Assembly: GCF_000143415.4 (NCBI RefSeq) | Contig: NW_003314391.1 | Location: 310,001 to 374,000 of the forward strand | From: Selaginella moellendorffii | Taxonomy: Eukaryota > Plantae > Lycopodiophyta | DNA length: 64,000 nt | Reading direction: 5' to 3' | In this document: piece after piece, positions 35,219-48,500 of the stretch | Layout of the letters: every line of letters begins with the position of its first letter | Position numbering within the stretch: position 1 is the stretch's first letter | The notes under the pieces: model-generated | The model's input: only the letters and a program-made list of their open reading frames with translations | Told to the model about the DNA's origin: nothing | Database searches by the model: none | Program-made: the position numbers and the translations under genes

Positions 35219-36450
35219 TGTAAGCCAACCTATGGGAAGTGTAACCGAACTTTAAGTTCAATCTAATCCGGGGAGGGGGATTGGGAGAGAATTTGGGAAT
35301 CTGTTAATGGATGGTTAACACTTTATTGCTTGTGCAACGAATTATTGAAACTAAGTAAGACCAAGTAGGAGCTAGTGCAATAAGCGGGAACATTAGCAAA
35401 GGAACTTAACTAAGGTCAAGGCCGTGATGGTCAAATAAACATGATAAGGAAAAATTGGAAAGGAAAAATTTGTCAAGCAACCAAGCACACTAAGTTCCTA
35501 ACATCCCTTGGTATAACAAGATTTGATTATGGGACCCTCTAAATCCCAAGCTTTGGGTGCAACACTTGCTTTGGGACATCGAGGGGGAAACATCGTGGTT
35601 TAATGGTCCGGTATGGGTACCCTTACTCCCCCACTTCCATCCCGAGGGAAAGGCCTAATCCCTTAGGAAGGGCGAGGACTAATGAGCCGTAATATACTCA
35701 AGTGGGGTAAAACTCCACATGAGCCGGGAGCACTGCAGTTGATTTCCCTTCCGAGAGTGGGAGTTGCTTTTGAGCACTTCCTTAAATGGCCCCTTTGGTA
35801 CCACCTGAGTCCATGCTCACTCCCACCCAAGGCCCCTAAGCCTTAGCCTCAACCCCAAGCCAGTTTGGAAGCACCACTGTTTAAGACTGGTTCCTAGACC
35901 TCACTATCCCTACTATACTTTTGGACCCCCTGCAGCCCCCCTCTCCCCCTGGGAGACACATGCTTTGGGCTTTCATCTCATGACCTGTATTAGTATTTGG
36001 ATTTGGTCTCAGATTCGATCTTGGACTCGATCTTGAACTCGACCTTAGACCCGGTCTCAAACTCGATCTCAGACTGAATCTTGGACTTGGTCTTAGACTA
36101 GAGCTTGGACTCGATCTCATATCCGACCTTGGACTCTGTTTCGGACTTGATCTCAGACTCGGTCTCAGACCCAATCTCAGATCTTGGACTCGGTCTCGAA
36201 CTCGGTCTTGAACTCAATCTCAGACTCGATCTTGAACTCGGTCTCAAACTTGGTCTTAGAGTCGGTCTCGGACTCGATCTCAAACTTGGTCTCATCCGAT
36301 GAACTCTTTATCATTTCTGTCATGCTTTTGGGGATCCTTTAGCTTACAACACCTCAGGGAGTTGATTCTTTACAACTTCACCACCTATAAAAGAAGTTTG
36401 ATGCCCACATCAAATGTCTCTTTTTAATCTTACGACTTGTTGACCATATC
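35219..36450 (-). mobile_element. Degenerate LTR and PPT region related to the 39961-57712 element, reverse orientation
   Basis: Reverse complement of the LTR hexamer repeats and of CCTACTATACTTTTGG / GCTTTGGGCTTTCA. 36375-36416 matches the PPT region at ~55950-55991. No TSD found. Confidence 0.65.
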
Positions 36451-37188
36451 TTTAGAGGCATCCCCCTACTTAGTAGTGTGTCTAAATTAGCCTCCCCGGC
36501 CAAGAGCCCATGACAATGGAGTATAAGTGTCCATATACCCCTCCCCTTACCAAGCTCTAGTATGGGGTTGGGGCTTGAACCTAGCCTTGCTTTACTAGAA
36601 GGTTGGGACTTGAACCCAACTCTGTAGAATATATTTACATATTTAACATCCATATGGGGAGTTGGGCGTAGTTCCCTATGCTTAGTTGACTTAAATAACC
36701 CATGTTAATTAGCTTACTGTCGGTGCACCTTTGGGTCCCAACATATGATATTGCTCAATTTCTCAATTAGATTATTGAATTTTGCATAAGTACATAGAGT
36801 TTTACTTTGCAAAAATTCCTCCACTAAATCTTGCGCGTTCACTAGTTTCTCCTCCGGTTCCTATGTTGTTTCGTAGTGTGGAAATTCTGTCCACTTCACA
36901 TGAAACTCTCTCACCTTGCGTCCTTGTCATTTGCTCTGTGCGCATTGAGGATGGCCTTGACTTCGTATTCCCCTTTCCTTTGGATAACCTTAGGTAAAAG
37001 TCTTATTTGGTCCTTGCGAAGCTGAAGTAGTTTCTATGGTTATATCCTTTTAAAATGAAATTAAGAATATCAAGAGAGAGGTAGGTTATGTGACTAGTTG
37101 ACAGTAACTATCCCATAACTAAAGATTTCATCATGCATATAAACTACCAAAACCAATCTACGTATACTACCCCAGACCCAAAGACTAA

Positions 37189-37911
37189 TATAAGCTCATG
37201 AATTTGGATTTCTTGAGAGGTCATCCAACCTAGTACTAGGACACTTAACCCCAAATATCCCAAAACCCTTAACTGATTAAAAGAAAAGATGCACTTTTGT
37301 TCATGGGCTTTTCCCCATTATATTTAAATCCTGCCTCTTGAGTTGTTTTCTAGATTGTTTCTTGAGTTGTTCTCTTTGGTTACTTACAATCCACCACACT
37401 TATCTAGGAAGTCACCCAACCTAGTACTATTCAAACCTAAAGACACTTAACCCCAAATATCCCAAAAATTTTAAACAATTAAAGGGTGCACTTTTGGGCA
37501 TTTTCCCACTATATTTGAATCCCTATGGATCATCTCTCGAGTTGTTTTCTTTGGTTGTTTACAATCCATTACACTTCCTTACAAATTCATGCTTTTATGA
37601 ATGGAAATTGAGAGCCACAGCTCTTTCTCAAGCCTACTCTTACAAATTGAACATATAGTGGGATTCCCTTAACCAACCAATAAAGTCCGATTCAAAACCA
37701 TTTTTATACCAAATGTAAGCTTTTAAATATAAACTTCTCGAGAGGTCATCCAGCCCAGTATTATTCAAACCCAAGGATTCTTAACCCCAAGTACCCCAAA
37801 ATCCTTAACTGATTGAAAAAAAGAGTGCACTCTTGTTTATGTATCATTTCCCTTTATATTTTAACCTTAATAGATTATTATTTTTTAAGTTGTTCTTTTT
37901 GGTTGCTTACA
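37189..37911 (-). mobile_element. Degenerate 5S-rRNA-containing TRIM (Cassandra-like)
   Basis: ~200-bp LTRs 37714-37911 (TGTAAGC...GCTTACA) and 37189-37388, plus a partial copy 37404-37563. Each carries antisense 5S-like G[A/G]GTCA[C/T]CCAACCTAGTACTA...CTTAAC. PBS-like TGGTAT follows the 5' LTR on the minus strand; flanks ACTAA/ACAAA are a near-TSD. Confidence 0.7.
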
Positions 37912-38999
37912 ACAAAGAAATGGATAATACCACAATCATAAACAAAGATATCTTAAAGATAACAGAGTATTAGTAAATAAATCTTAAATTAGAACACAAA
38001 AGTATTCCAATTAAATTATCATCTGATAAACTAAGATTATGGGATAAGAACCACCAAGATCATCATAGTTTAAAGGCATAGGATTAAGTATTTCAAATTC
38101 AATAATAAAACTTAACTACCAAAGATTCCAAATATCATGCTAAACAACTTATGAAAGATAACTCAAAAAACACAAAATATTAACTATAAAACAAGTAAAA
38201 TTCTCATGAATGTATCATCTAAAGGAAATAACATCCCAACCTATCAAAAATAACTTTAGCAACAATTAACATATCAAAATGAATATTGCAAAAGTAGGTA
38301 AACACCTGTTCATGCAAAGTATTGCACCAGCTAATCTGAATAGATCCCAATCAACAATATGAAAGAATTAGAGTTGCTTAAGTAAGCATCAGAAACATTT
38401 TATTGATATCTTAAACCTAAAAGATCAATCCAAAGTAAACCACAAAGAATATATAGTAATGCAAAAAGCAAAAAAATATCAAAATAATAATTAATCATCA
38501 TGAAAGATAAGATGCACAATTATCATTAAATAGCAATTTATGATCCTGAAAAATAGCAAATCATTCAACTTCAATAATAATCAAGGAAAACCTCTAATAA
38601 GAAAAATCAACTATCCTAAATGACAGTCGATCATCACCAATGATTGTTAAATGTGAGAACTAACTTAAATATTAGAACTAATGAGCCAAAATGCCTCCCC
38701 TAATAACTGCAAATAAATTGAAAAATGAGTATGGAAACTCAAAAAACCAAATGCTCACAAAAGTTTATAATTGAGTCTTAAATAACCATGACTACATATC
38801 TTACATAACTAATTTCAATATCAAAGAAGAAATCATTGTATGACTGACAATATCCTTTGACACATCTATAAGCCAAACTTCATATCACTTATGAATATAA
38901 CTTTGATATGCTTGGCTTTTGGTTTGATGCACATATGCTCTTTATTAGTTTTACATTACCCCTGCACTCTTCTTACTATACTTTTGGAACCACCTTGCA

Positions 39000-39955
39000 T
39001 TCTTATCACATGGACAAATAGTCCAAAGGGGCAAAGGTTGCCCATATAGAACAAAGAATAATCAAGTGTCGAAGTAACACTTGCAAGAATAGTCCTTATA
39101 GGTAAGACATGAATACAAGTTGTATTCTGACGAACTGGCACCTCAAAAATGGAACCTTATAAGTTGTTGGATTAGTGAAGTCTAAAAAGCTAAATGACTC
39201 AAGTGGAGTTAAAGAATGATCTTAAAGGACTGGTAGAAGCATTTGAACTGAGGTGTGTCGTACCCCATGAAAGATAGGGAGGATCATAAGATCCAAATAT
39301 GATAACAGTGGGTATCTCATTGATGCTATACTAAAGTTGTGGGAAAAGTGTTTCTAAAAGAAAATAACTTTGGCACAAAGTTGTGTATGAATACTATAGT
39401 GCAATGCTAATTGATAGTTGGCATGAAAAATGACTGCTTTAGTCTTGGCAAAGACTCAAACATGAATGGTAAGTGTTGTAAGGGTAGGCTTGTAAAGCCA
39501 ATGGTGTGGAGACACCGAATGTGCCAAGGTGTGATGCCTTGAGGTCAAATTAACGGGTTCATGAGAACCTTCTCCCAAAGGAATTCTAATAGAAATGGGA
39601 ATGGCATAACCTAAGCAAGAAAGCATATGGTTGGAGTGTGGTGACTCAAATAATGATGGAGGTGTGAAAGCACTAGCAATGAGTTGTAGAACTTGACAAC
39701 TATGAGGCAACTAAGCAAAATGTGCAAAATAATTGATTAAGTTGGTAGAAGGTAATTACTTAAAACTTTTTATTGGGATAAGGAAGTTGGACATACTTTT
39801 ATGGGGGATAAATTGCTTATGTTGCAATATAATAAGTCAATGTCGAAAAAAGGAATGCTTATTGTCAAATAAAGCCATAATTGGGACACCCAAACACTCT
39901 AAAACACCAGAAAGTGGTGTTTGATGTCGTGAGGGCATTAGATAAGGCCTAAGGG
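39000..39955 (+). mobile_element. Older copy of the same LTR family's internal region (target of the 39961 insertion), continuing after 57717
   Basis: Collinear with ~42300-43262; 57718-57900 continues the homology with ~43266-43450. Confidence 0.8.
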
Positions 39956-40189
39956 ACTGCTGTGAGACACAAAGTCCCTAGGCCCCAGAGTGGAGCTGGA
40001 GGGGTGCCACGTGGTAGTGGCCGAAGCGAAAGCCAAACGAGCGTAAAACGTTTGGACTAAAAGCTTCGACTTGAAAGGTTGAGAGCGGGAGTGGAACTCC
40101 CAACAAAGTGTTCAAGGAACGAGCACGAAGCGAGCAATAAGCGAGGCTCCAAAAAGGGACCCAAAGAGACCAACACATGACACGTGGAA

Positions 40190-40762
40190 GTGTCTGAGAT
40201 GGACCCGAGTTGGAGTCCGAAGTGGAGTCCGAGATGGAGTCCGAGATGGAGTCCGAGGTGGAGTCCGAGGTGGAGTCCGAGGCGGACCCGAGATGGACCC
40301 GAGATGGAGTCCGAGGTGGAGTCCGAGGTGGACCCGAGATGGACCCGAAATGGAGTCCGAGATGGAGTCCGAGATGGAGTCCGAGATGGACCCGAGATGG
40401 ACCCGAGATGGACCCGAGATGGGACCCGAGATGGACCCGAGACGGAGTCCGAGGCGGACCCGAGACGGAGTTCGAGGTGGAGTCCGAGATGGAGTCCGAG
40501 ATGGACCCGAGATGGAGTCCGAGATAGAGTCCGAGTTGGAGTCCGAGATGGACCCGAGATGGAGTCCAAAGTCGAGACCGGGACCAAGACCGAGACCGGG
40601 ACCGAGACCGAGACCGAGACTGAGATCGGGACCGAGACCGAGACTGAGACCGAGATCGGGACCGAGACCGAGACCGAGGCCGAGCCCAAGTCCAAGTCCG
40701 AGTCCGAGTCCGAGTCCGAGTCCAAGTCCGAGTCCGAGTCCGAGTTCGAGTCCGAGTCCGGA
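40190..40762. repeat. Hexamer/12-mer tandem repeats inside the 5' LTR (GAGTCC/GAGATG/GACCGA); also at 56220-56710
   Basis: Repeated GGAGTCCGAGAT, GGACCCGAGAT, GACCGA and GAGTCC units; copy number differs between the two LTRs. Confidence 0.9.
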
Positions 40763-43700
40763 GCCTGAGAGGGTGAAAGCCCAAAGCGTTCGTCTCCCAG
40801 ACCCTGGGGGGTTTGGTGAGCTCCAAAAGTATAGTAGGGGGAGGACTGCAGTGGAGCTAGTTTGGCCAGGAAAGGTCAGTTTGGCCCAGGAAGGCCGGAC
40901 CCAGTGTTGGGTGATGAGCTGCCCATTGGGAAGTCCAAAACTAGAGTGAACATGGACTGACAAGCGGGGTAGCTTGGTGAAGTGTTCAAGAGCCGGCTCT
41001 AGTTCCCCCGGGAGATCGACTGGCCGATGCTCCCAGTCCAAGTGTGGGTGGCACTACCTACTTGGATACCAGGTGTGGCTCAACGGAACCTCGCTCTAAG
41101 CCCATGGTTAGAGCACCTAAAGGCGAGAGGTGGGGAGAGTACCTAGGTGGCTCGCATAAGGCCACGGTGTTCCGAAATGGTGTCCCAAAGTCCCAGACTG
41201 TGGAAAGGAAGAGGGGTAGCCCTTTGGTGGGGTGACCAAGGACACAGTCACACAGTGAGGAAGTCCTCGAGGATAGTGGGACTTAGTGGTCGGGCCGGTG
41301 GGCCTTGATCCAGTGGCAGTGTTGGCGAACACAGCCAAGGACAGAAAGGGACTTGGTGGGGACCAGAACAGAGATATTGGGGAAGGCTATTCCCCATGTC
41401 TGTAGGCATCCTAAGGAGGTTAAGGAGTGGATCTGGGATGATCCCTCATGGACGGATGACCCAGTCTTTGAGAGACGGGATTGGAATGCAGGTGGTGTTG
41501 GACCACCAGTGTGACCAAGGTAATTGGGCATGGCCTTAGCGTAACGGGCCGATACGTCGGTGGTACCTTGGGGTGTCGATCATGGGATCGGACACGTGGA
41601 GCACTTGGACCAAGTGCTAAGGTTGAGTGGCATGGATGCCATTCTCGGGGCTAGCAAGCCCCAAGTCCTGAGTTGGACTTATGGAGGTTGTGAATGAGAC
41701 TCCTCCAAGTGGTCGGGGGTGTGGTTAAGTGACTAAAATAGAATGGAAAAATTAGTCGCTTACAACTTGGTATCGGAGCCGTTCCTTAGTCCGACTTTTA
41801 TTGGTGCTAAAGTATATCACCATTGATGTTGGCATCGAAAGGTCCTAGGAGTGGGCCTATCCTTGAGGAGTAGCAGGTCGGGAAGACATGGCTCTCCATT
41901 ACAGTTCCTGTGTGAACTTGTAGGTGAGGTGGTGGATAGAAAAGGGCCAATAATGGAACGACTTTGGGATCTTGGGAACAGTATAAGGGTTTCCTCAGAG
42001 AGCTGAGGATGTGATCCAGATGAGCGTTTGATGCAGCAAACGAGCTAATGTAGTTGTGGTAAACAACTATAGTTGGGATCACGAGAAAGATGCAGACTCC
42101 AAAACAATAAAGGAGTCACAAGATTACCCTTATATGGTTGAGGCTGGTACTCATAAATTTGAGTCCGGAATTGTTGACCGTGGGAGGTCAAATACAAAAG
42201 AGGACACTAGTCCTTGAAATGGTAAGCAGGGCTACCTTTAATAAATGCTGGAACAACCCAAGGAGTTGGGGGGTGTACTTAGAGATGAGTTGGTATTCTC
42301 ATCGCATGGACAAGTAGTCATAAGGGGCAAAGGTTGCCCCCAGAGAACAAAATCAAGTGTCAGAGTAACACTTGTGAAAATAGTCCTTTTGAGTAGGACA
42401 GGAATGCAAGAAGTGTATTCCAGTGAGTTAGTGCCTCACAAGTAGGACCTTACGGGTCTGTGGATTAACCAAGTCCAAAACTGCTGGATGACTCAAGTAG
42501 AGTCAAGAGATGGTCCTAAAAGGACCGATGGAAGCATTTGGACTGAGGTGTGTTGTACCCCACAAAAGATGGGGGGGGATCATAAGATCCAAGGATGAGA
42601 GCAAAGGGTATCTTATCGATGGCAAAATGTGCCATGTTAAAGTCGTGGGAAAGGTGTTCCCAAAAAGAAAACAACTTTGACACAAAGTTGTGTGTGACCT
42701 CTATGATGCAGTGTTAACGGATGGTTGGCATGAGAAAGCGTGGTATTGGTCTTGGCAAAGACTTAGACACAAAGAAGAAGTGTCATAGAGGTAGGCTCGT
42801 GGAGCCGATGGTGTGGAGACACCAAATGTGCCAAGGTGTGATACCTTGAGGCTATGTTGGTGGGTTCATGAGAACCCCTTGCCAAAGGAATCCCAATAGA
42901 AATGGGAATGACATAGCCTAAGCTGCAGAGCATGCAGTTGAAGTGTGGTGACCCAGATAATGATGGAGGTGTGGAAGTACCAGCAATGAGTTGTAGGACT
43001 TGACAACTACGAGGCAACTAAGCAAGAGGTGCCAAATAATTGGTTAAACGGGTAGAAGGTAGCTACCCAAGCCTTCTTAATGGCATAGGAAAGTTGGATA
43101 TACCCTTATGGGGGATGAGTTGCTTATGTTGCGATATAGTAAGTCAATGTCATAAAAGGAAATACTCATTGTCAAGGAAGCCGTCATTGGGACACTCGAA
43201 CACTCTAGAACACCAAGAGGTGGTGTTTGATGTCGTGAGGGCAGTAGATAAGGCCCAAGAGACTAAGTCCCTAGCGAACGATGGATAGTAGGTGCTATCC
43301 AAATGTCCAAGGTGGCGAGACAGGAGAAGACTGTCTACTCGAATTGGACAAAGCCAAAAATGGAATTTTGGCAAGGCTAGTGATAGGCATGCAAAGGCCC
43401 GTAAGCAACAACGTAATCCCGGTGTGTGGGATTATAGGGTGAGCATACCTGGGTTGAGGAACCACTCCCTAGGCTATCGGGTAGGTTCATCCCTAAGAAT
43501 ACTTGCTAAGGCATGATAGAAAGTGCAAAGCTATCCTCATGGTTTGGAGGAGAATGACCGAAGGAAAGGTGTGAAGCCAAAAGCAAGAAGTAAGGGGATA
43601 GAACCGAACCATAGGAATTGAAGGGCATAACCAAGGTTGGTTATGCTAGCTGGGAGTGGAGAATCATGTGGGGGCTCGAGGGTGTTACTGCTAGCAACCG

Positions 43701-45577
43701 TGATGCCATGGAGAGTCTAAAATATGGAATTGTCCATGTTAGACTATATGGTAATTGGAAAGCTTGCAAAAAGGGGGGCCTTAGCAAGCTAAGGGACAGA
43801 GTTCCTTCAAAGTTTCCAAAGAGGATTCTAGGTAGCGTAGTACCTAGAAAGGCCAAGCGTAAATGGTTCAAGGAACGCGCGAAATCAGAGTGGCGCAGCA
43901 AAAGCGTGGTCTTGAAGCTTGCCATGAGGCAAGGCTATCAAGGTTAGGGAAGTAGTTCCCGAGTGTTCAAAGAGAAGGCTTTGAACGAAAGTCGATGATT
44001 AAGGGCTTTCACGCTTGTAGGAACCATGTTACAGTGGTCGGAGGACTTGCCAAAGCGAGATTGGCAAGTCAAGGGAACAAATACCCTAGTTGAAGGTGAT
44101 AACTTCAAAAAAGGGTGGGCCATGGGGCCAAGCATGGAGGAGTCAATGCATGATCACAGGCTTGTCAAGTGAGAAGACTTGGCAGTGGGGAGGAACTAGG
44201 TTCCTAAGCTGTGATCTATAGCGCGCTTTAAATATAAGTTGGTGCACCGGCGTGGGGAGTCACGCCAGGCATCCGGTGTGATGCCGTCTGTAGATGCATA
44301 TACGAAGGTTGGGTTCGAGTCCCGACCCTTTAGTGTTTGGGTTCGAGTCCCAAATCACTAGGGCGTGTGGAGAAGGGAGAAAAAGACAAACTCGAGGATT
44401 CAAGCTTAGGAAAGTAAACTTGAGAGGTTCAAGGTTAGGACTGTATTCCTAACCTTGATGTGAGCAGTAGCGACTATAAAAGTAGGACTTAGAATGTTTT
44501 TAGATGGATCCCTAATACAAAATATATTGCAATACATTGTCATTCTGCCTATCTCTTTGGCTTTTCACAGCAATGTCTTACTTACCCACCGCCTTCAAGG
44601 GATCAAAGGTGTGGGACTAGCACCTTCAAGCACTTGTTCACAGTCTCTACTTGGCTTGGCACAAGCAGATAAGTGCACTCATTTCGTAGTGTAATTTTAG
44701 TTTTAGGGACTAAATTAGATTTGAAACTCCTAGGAAGATCTCGTGTGGACGTTTCCTCCCAGTTTAGAGATTTCAGGAGTTTTCACTGGCGACCACGGTG
44801 GGATAGGCGAAGTGAAGAGCACCCAAAGAATGAAGATTGGCAGCCTTGGCTACAACTAGAAGACGAAGCTGAAGTCAAGAATCAAGGGAAAAATCGAAAA
44901 GAAACAAAAAGAAGAAAACAAAACGAAAAAGAAGAAAATCGACAAAATCCTAGAGCAAGAAGCATGGAAATCATGCTAGAGACCAAACGTTTGAAGGCTA
45001 CGATCATCTAGAGATCGCCCACTTCTCGAAAAGTCCAAGAATCTTCCATAACCGCCTCTTGGTGAGAGGTCAAAGACGAAGAATATTCTATGCATCAGAA
45101 TATTTGAAGAATCTCCGACAAAAAAATCAGAGCAAACAAGTGCTAACAAGCATGAAAACATGAAGAATGAAAAAGCACGACTGCCCATTTGGAGACACAA
45201 GCTGTACAAGATACGAAGACTGCCTTTTGTGTGGTTTCAGAAATTGTGCAAAACCGTACAAGCAATGCTATCCAAAATGGCGATGTGACACTTGCAAGCA
45301 AGCAAAAGCAAGACTCCGAATCAAGGATGAAAATGCCACAGCGGAGGAGAGTAGGAAACGAGAAGAAATAGCCCAAGAAAACGACACCAAAAAGAGAAAC
45401 GATAGTTTAGAACAAGCAGCGAAACAAAGCTTTAGTTGCTTACAAAAACTTCAAGAAACAATTCTGCGACTCTTCTACAAATTGTCTAGCAAATAGGAAG
45501 GATGCAAAAATGAGGAAATGTTGAAAGAAAAATATGTTTACTTCGATTTCTTTGCAACTCGAAGAACCCTGACTTAG

Positions 45578-48500
45578 GTGTATCGCGGACACCTCTTTCA
45601 ACAAACGATTGTTGAATTTCTAGGCATACACAAACATGAAACTTTTCAACCATTAACGCTTGCTTTCAATACTGATTTGACGAGAGTCATAGCAGCAACA
45701 GAGTGTGGAATTTTTGAACCACAAGTTCGTTGGTTTGTGGACACTCTTAAATTTAGAGATTTCGAAGAGAACGCGGAATTACTTTATCGGCTTCTTCAAA
45801 GTCCTCTCCGTGTAACGCTACCAACAAACACTCTTATCGAATTATATGCTATAGCATATTGGCACCGTTTAGGACAGACGAGAATAGCTGGAGAATTAAA
45901 GGACGCCCTGGATGACCTCAAGGACGACAAGATGCCAGGGGAGGACGGCATGCCACCAGCCTTCTACAAACAAAACTGGGATTGGATCGGACCAGAAGTT
46001 CTCAAGATGTGGCAAGAAACCATGCGAGCTGGAAAGTGGCCAGAAGGAGCTACGGATGGGATCATTGCGCTGATACCAAAAAAAGGAGATATGTCCCACC
46101 TCAAGAACTGGAGGCCCATCTCTATGCTGAACACCATGTACAAGATCGTAGCAAAAGCCTTGGCATCACGCCTCAAGCCTCTACTCCCAGAAACGATCAA
46201 GGAGACGCAGAACGGGTTCGTGGAGGGTAGGCAAATCGTGGACAATCTCCTAACAGTGCTGCTGGCGCAAGAACACACCAAAGACATGGCAGAGCAGATT
46301 ACAATCATTCTCCTGGACTTTGAAAAAGCTTACGACCGGGTGGATTGGAAAGTTCTCCAGGCCATAATGATCAAGCAAGGAGTTCCTCTGCAGTTTGTGG
46401 AATGGACAGCATCCCTGTACCACTCGGCATCGAGCAGGGTTACGATCAATGGAACCATGGGACAGTCCTTCAAACTTGAAAGATCAGTCCGCCAAGGATG
46501 CCCCCTCGCACCATACCTGTTCCTGTTTGTTGCAGATGCTCTGGCCTACTACCTCGCCCGACCACAGGGTCCAAAAGGTATGCCCCTTCCAGGCTGCGGC
46601 GCCGCGCTTCAGGACATGAACCAAGCCTCAAAGGAGGACCTCCTATCCTCAGCCTTTGCAGACGACACAAGCCTGATCGTGGAGGGATCACCGGAGAACC
46701 TCTCAAGCGTCAAAAGGGACCTGGACTTTTTCAATGAGGCCATGGGATCGAGAATAAACTGGCACAAATCGGTAGGACTATGGCTCCCCCCCAGCAGACC
46801 TCCAACATGGGGCACGGAGCTGGGCTTCAAATGGCTGGACACGGAGGAGACCACCCGCTACCTTGGATTCCAAGTGGGACGCCAGTATGATCCAGAACCC
46901 CAGAACCAAAAAGCAGTAACAAAACTAAGGGATCAACTCAAGTTCTGGGCGAGCAGAAAACTATCGTTCTCAGCACGCTGCGTGGTGGCTAACAGCATCC
47001 TACTTGGAGCGATCTGGTTCCTGGCAGCATGCTGGAACATGGACAAGCGAACGATCCAGGAAATGAACCAACTCATTCGAACCTATGTCTGGAAAGGCTC
47101 CTCCTGCGTGTCGCGTGGTGGAGCAAAGGTCAACTGGCGGTCAGTAACACTTCCGAAGCACGAAGGTGGCCTCAATATTATTGACATCGAAGAACAATGC
47201 AAGGCTCTTCTCTTCAAAATTTTCACAAGGATGCTCATGCCTGGCCACCAACCATGGAGAATACTGCTGCGAGCACAATTTTTGAAAGTCCTCCCGGACA
47301 GGAACGAGCACACCAGACAAAACTGGGCGCCAGACGAACAATGGCTCTTCTCAGACACCAAACTCAAAATGACAAAGGCTCACACGTTCTCAGGAAAGCT
47401 GTTCAAGCTCTGGAGGCAATTCAAGTGCAAGCTGGAACGTAAACCACCTCGTACCAAAGAACAACTGGACCGGCAGCCAATTTTCCTAAGCAAACTCTTC
47501 GCTGTCAACGGTAAAACGCTCGGAGCTTCAGAGGATCGTGGCCTGGACCAGACATGCAGAGACCTGCACAGAGCAGGGATGAGAACCTTCGCAGAGGCAG
47601 ACACCATGATCCAGCCCAACCAGACGGCCCACAATCGCGACCGCATCAGTACTTTCTACGGATTAACCATCTCAGAACACAGGATGCGTAAATTCCAGAC
47701 AGCCTTTTTAGCAGCCAAACACGCATGCCTTGAACGACTAAACCTGCAAGAGGATCAACACCATCGTTGGTGGAAGCTGGACGAATCGATCGTATGCACC
47801 CTCCCCAACATGGCATCGGGACTAGTCTTCAAGGCAGGACAGGCTGGACGCTTGTACCCCATCGTTACCCCCGAGTACGAGGACCTCCCCGACATGAGTA
47901 GGGCCAAACCGATCAGAGTGATTCAAATGGAGAAAAAAACTGCCAACGTTGATCCACTGATCCCAAAAAACCAATATGCCCGCCTCTACTGGTTCCGCCA
48001 ACAAACCCTGGACGAACTCAAGTGGGATCCTGCAGAGTGGCATTGGAGGGGAACCACGTGCAAGGACTTCTTCCAGTACGAGACCAAGCTGGGCCGCAAG
48101 CTGATCAGGGTGCCAACTCGATCCTCCCTCATCCGGAAAGCAAAGGCCCAACAGATCCGTTCCAGGAACCACTCACACTGCATCAACAAGATCTGGAAAG
48201 GGTGCTGGTCAGCTAAGAACCGCTACTTCATGTGGCTGGCCCAACAAGAACGTCTTCCCTCCCTGGTCGCCATACATCTTCCGAACACAGCCTGCAAGAC
48301 CTGTGGCGCCACAGAAACACAGCGACACATCTTATGGGAATGTCCGGCAGCACAGGAAGTATGGGAAGGTGCAGCAGCGGTGCTCAAACAAACGTCAACC
48401 GGAGGAGCTGCAATCACATACGAATCAGCGCTCTGGGGTAGCTTCATCCAAGGAAAGACAAAGAATCCTGATGCATGGAAGTGGAGACACAATGAGGCCC

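Noticed and set aside
39978-41041. Long ORFs in several frames (SR/GL/ES-rich), also at 56009-56989 and 35881-36302
   Set aside because: Products of stop-free hexamer repeats inside LTRs; no coding signature.
41788-41799. TAGTCCGACTTT, a 12-nt reverse-complement match to the rDNA target, next to the PBS
   Set aside because: Short, no insertion at the site, and compatible with chance.
44300-44360. tRNA gene suggested by GGTTCGAGTCCC motifs
   Set aside because: Only T-arm-like hairpins; no cloverleaf could be built.
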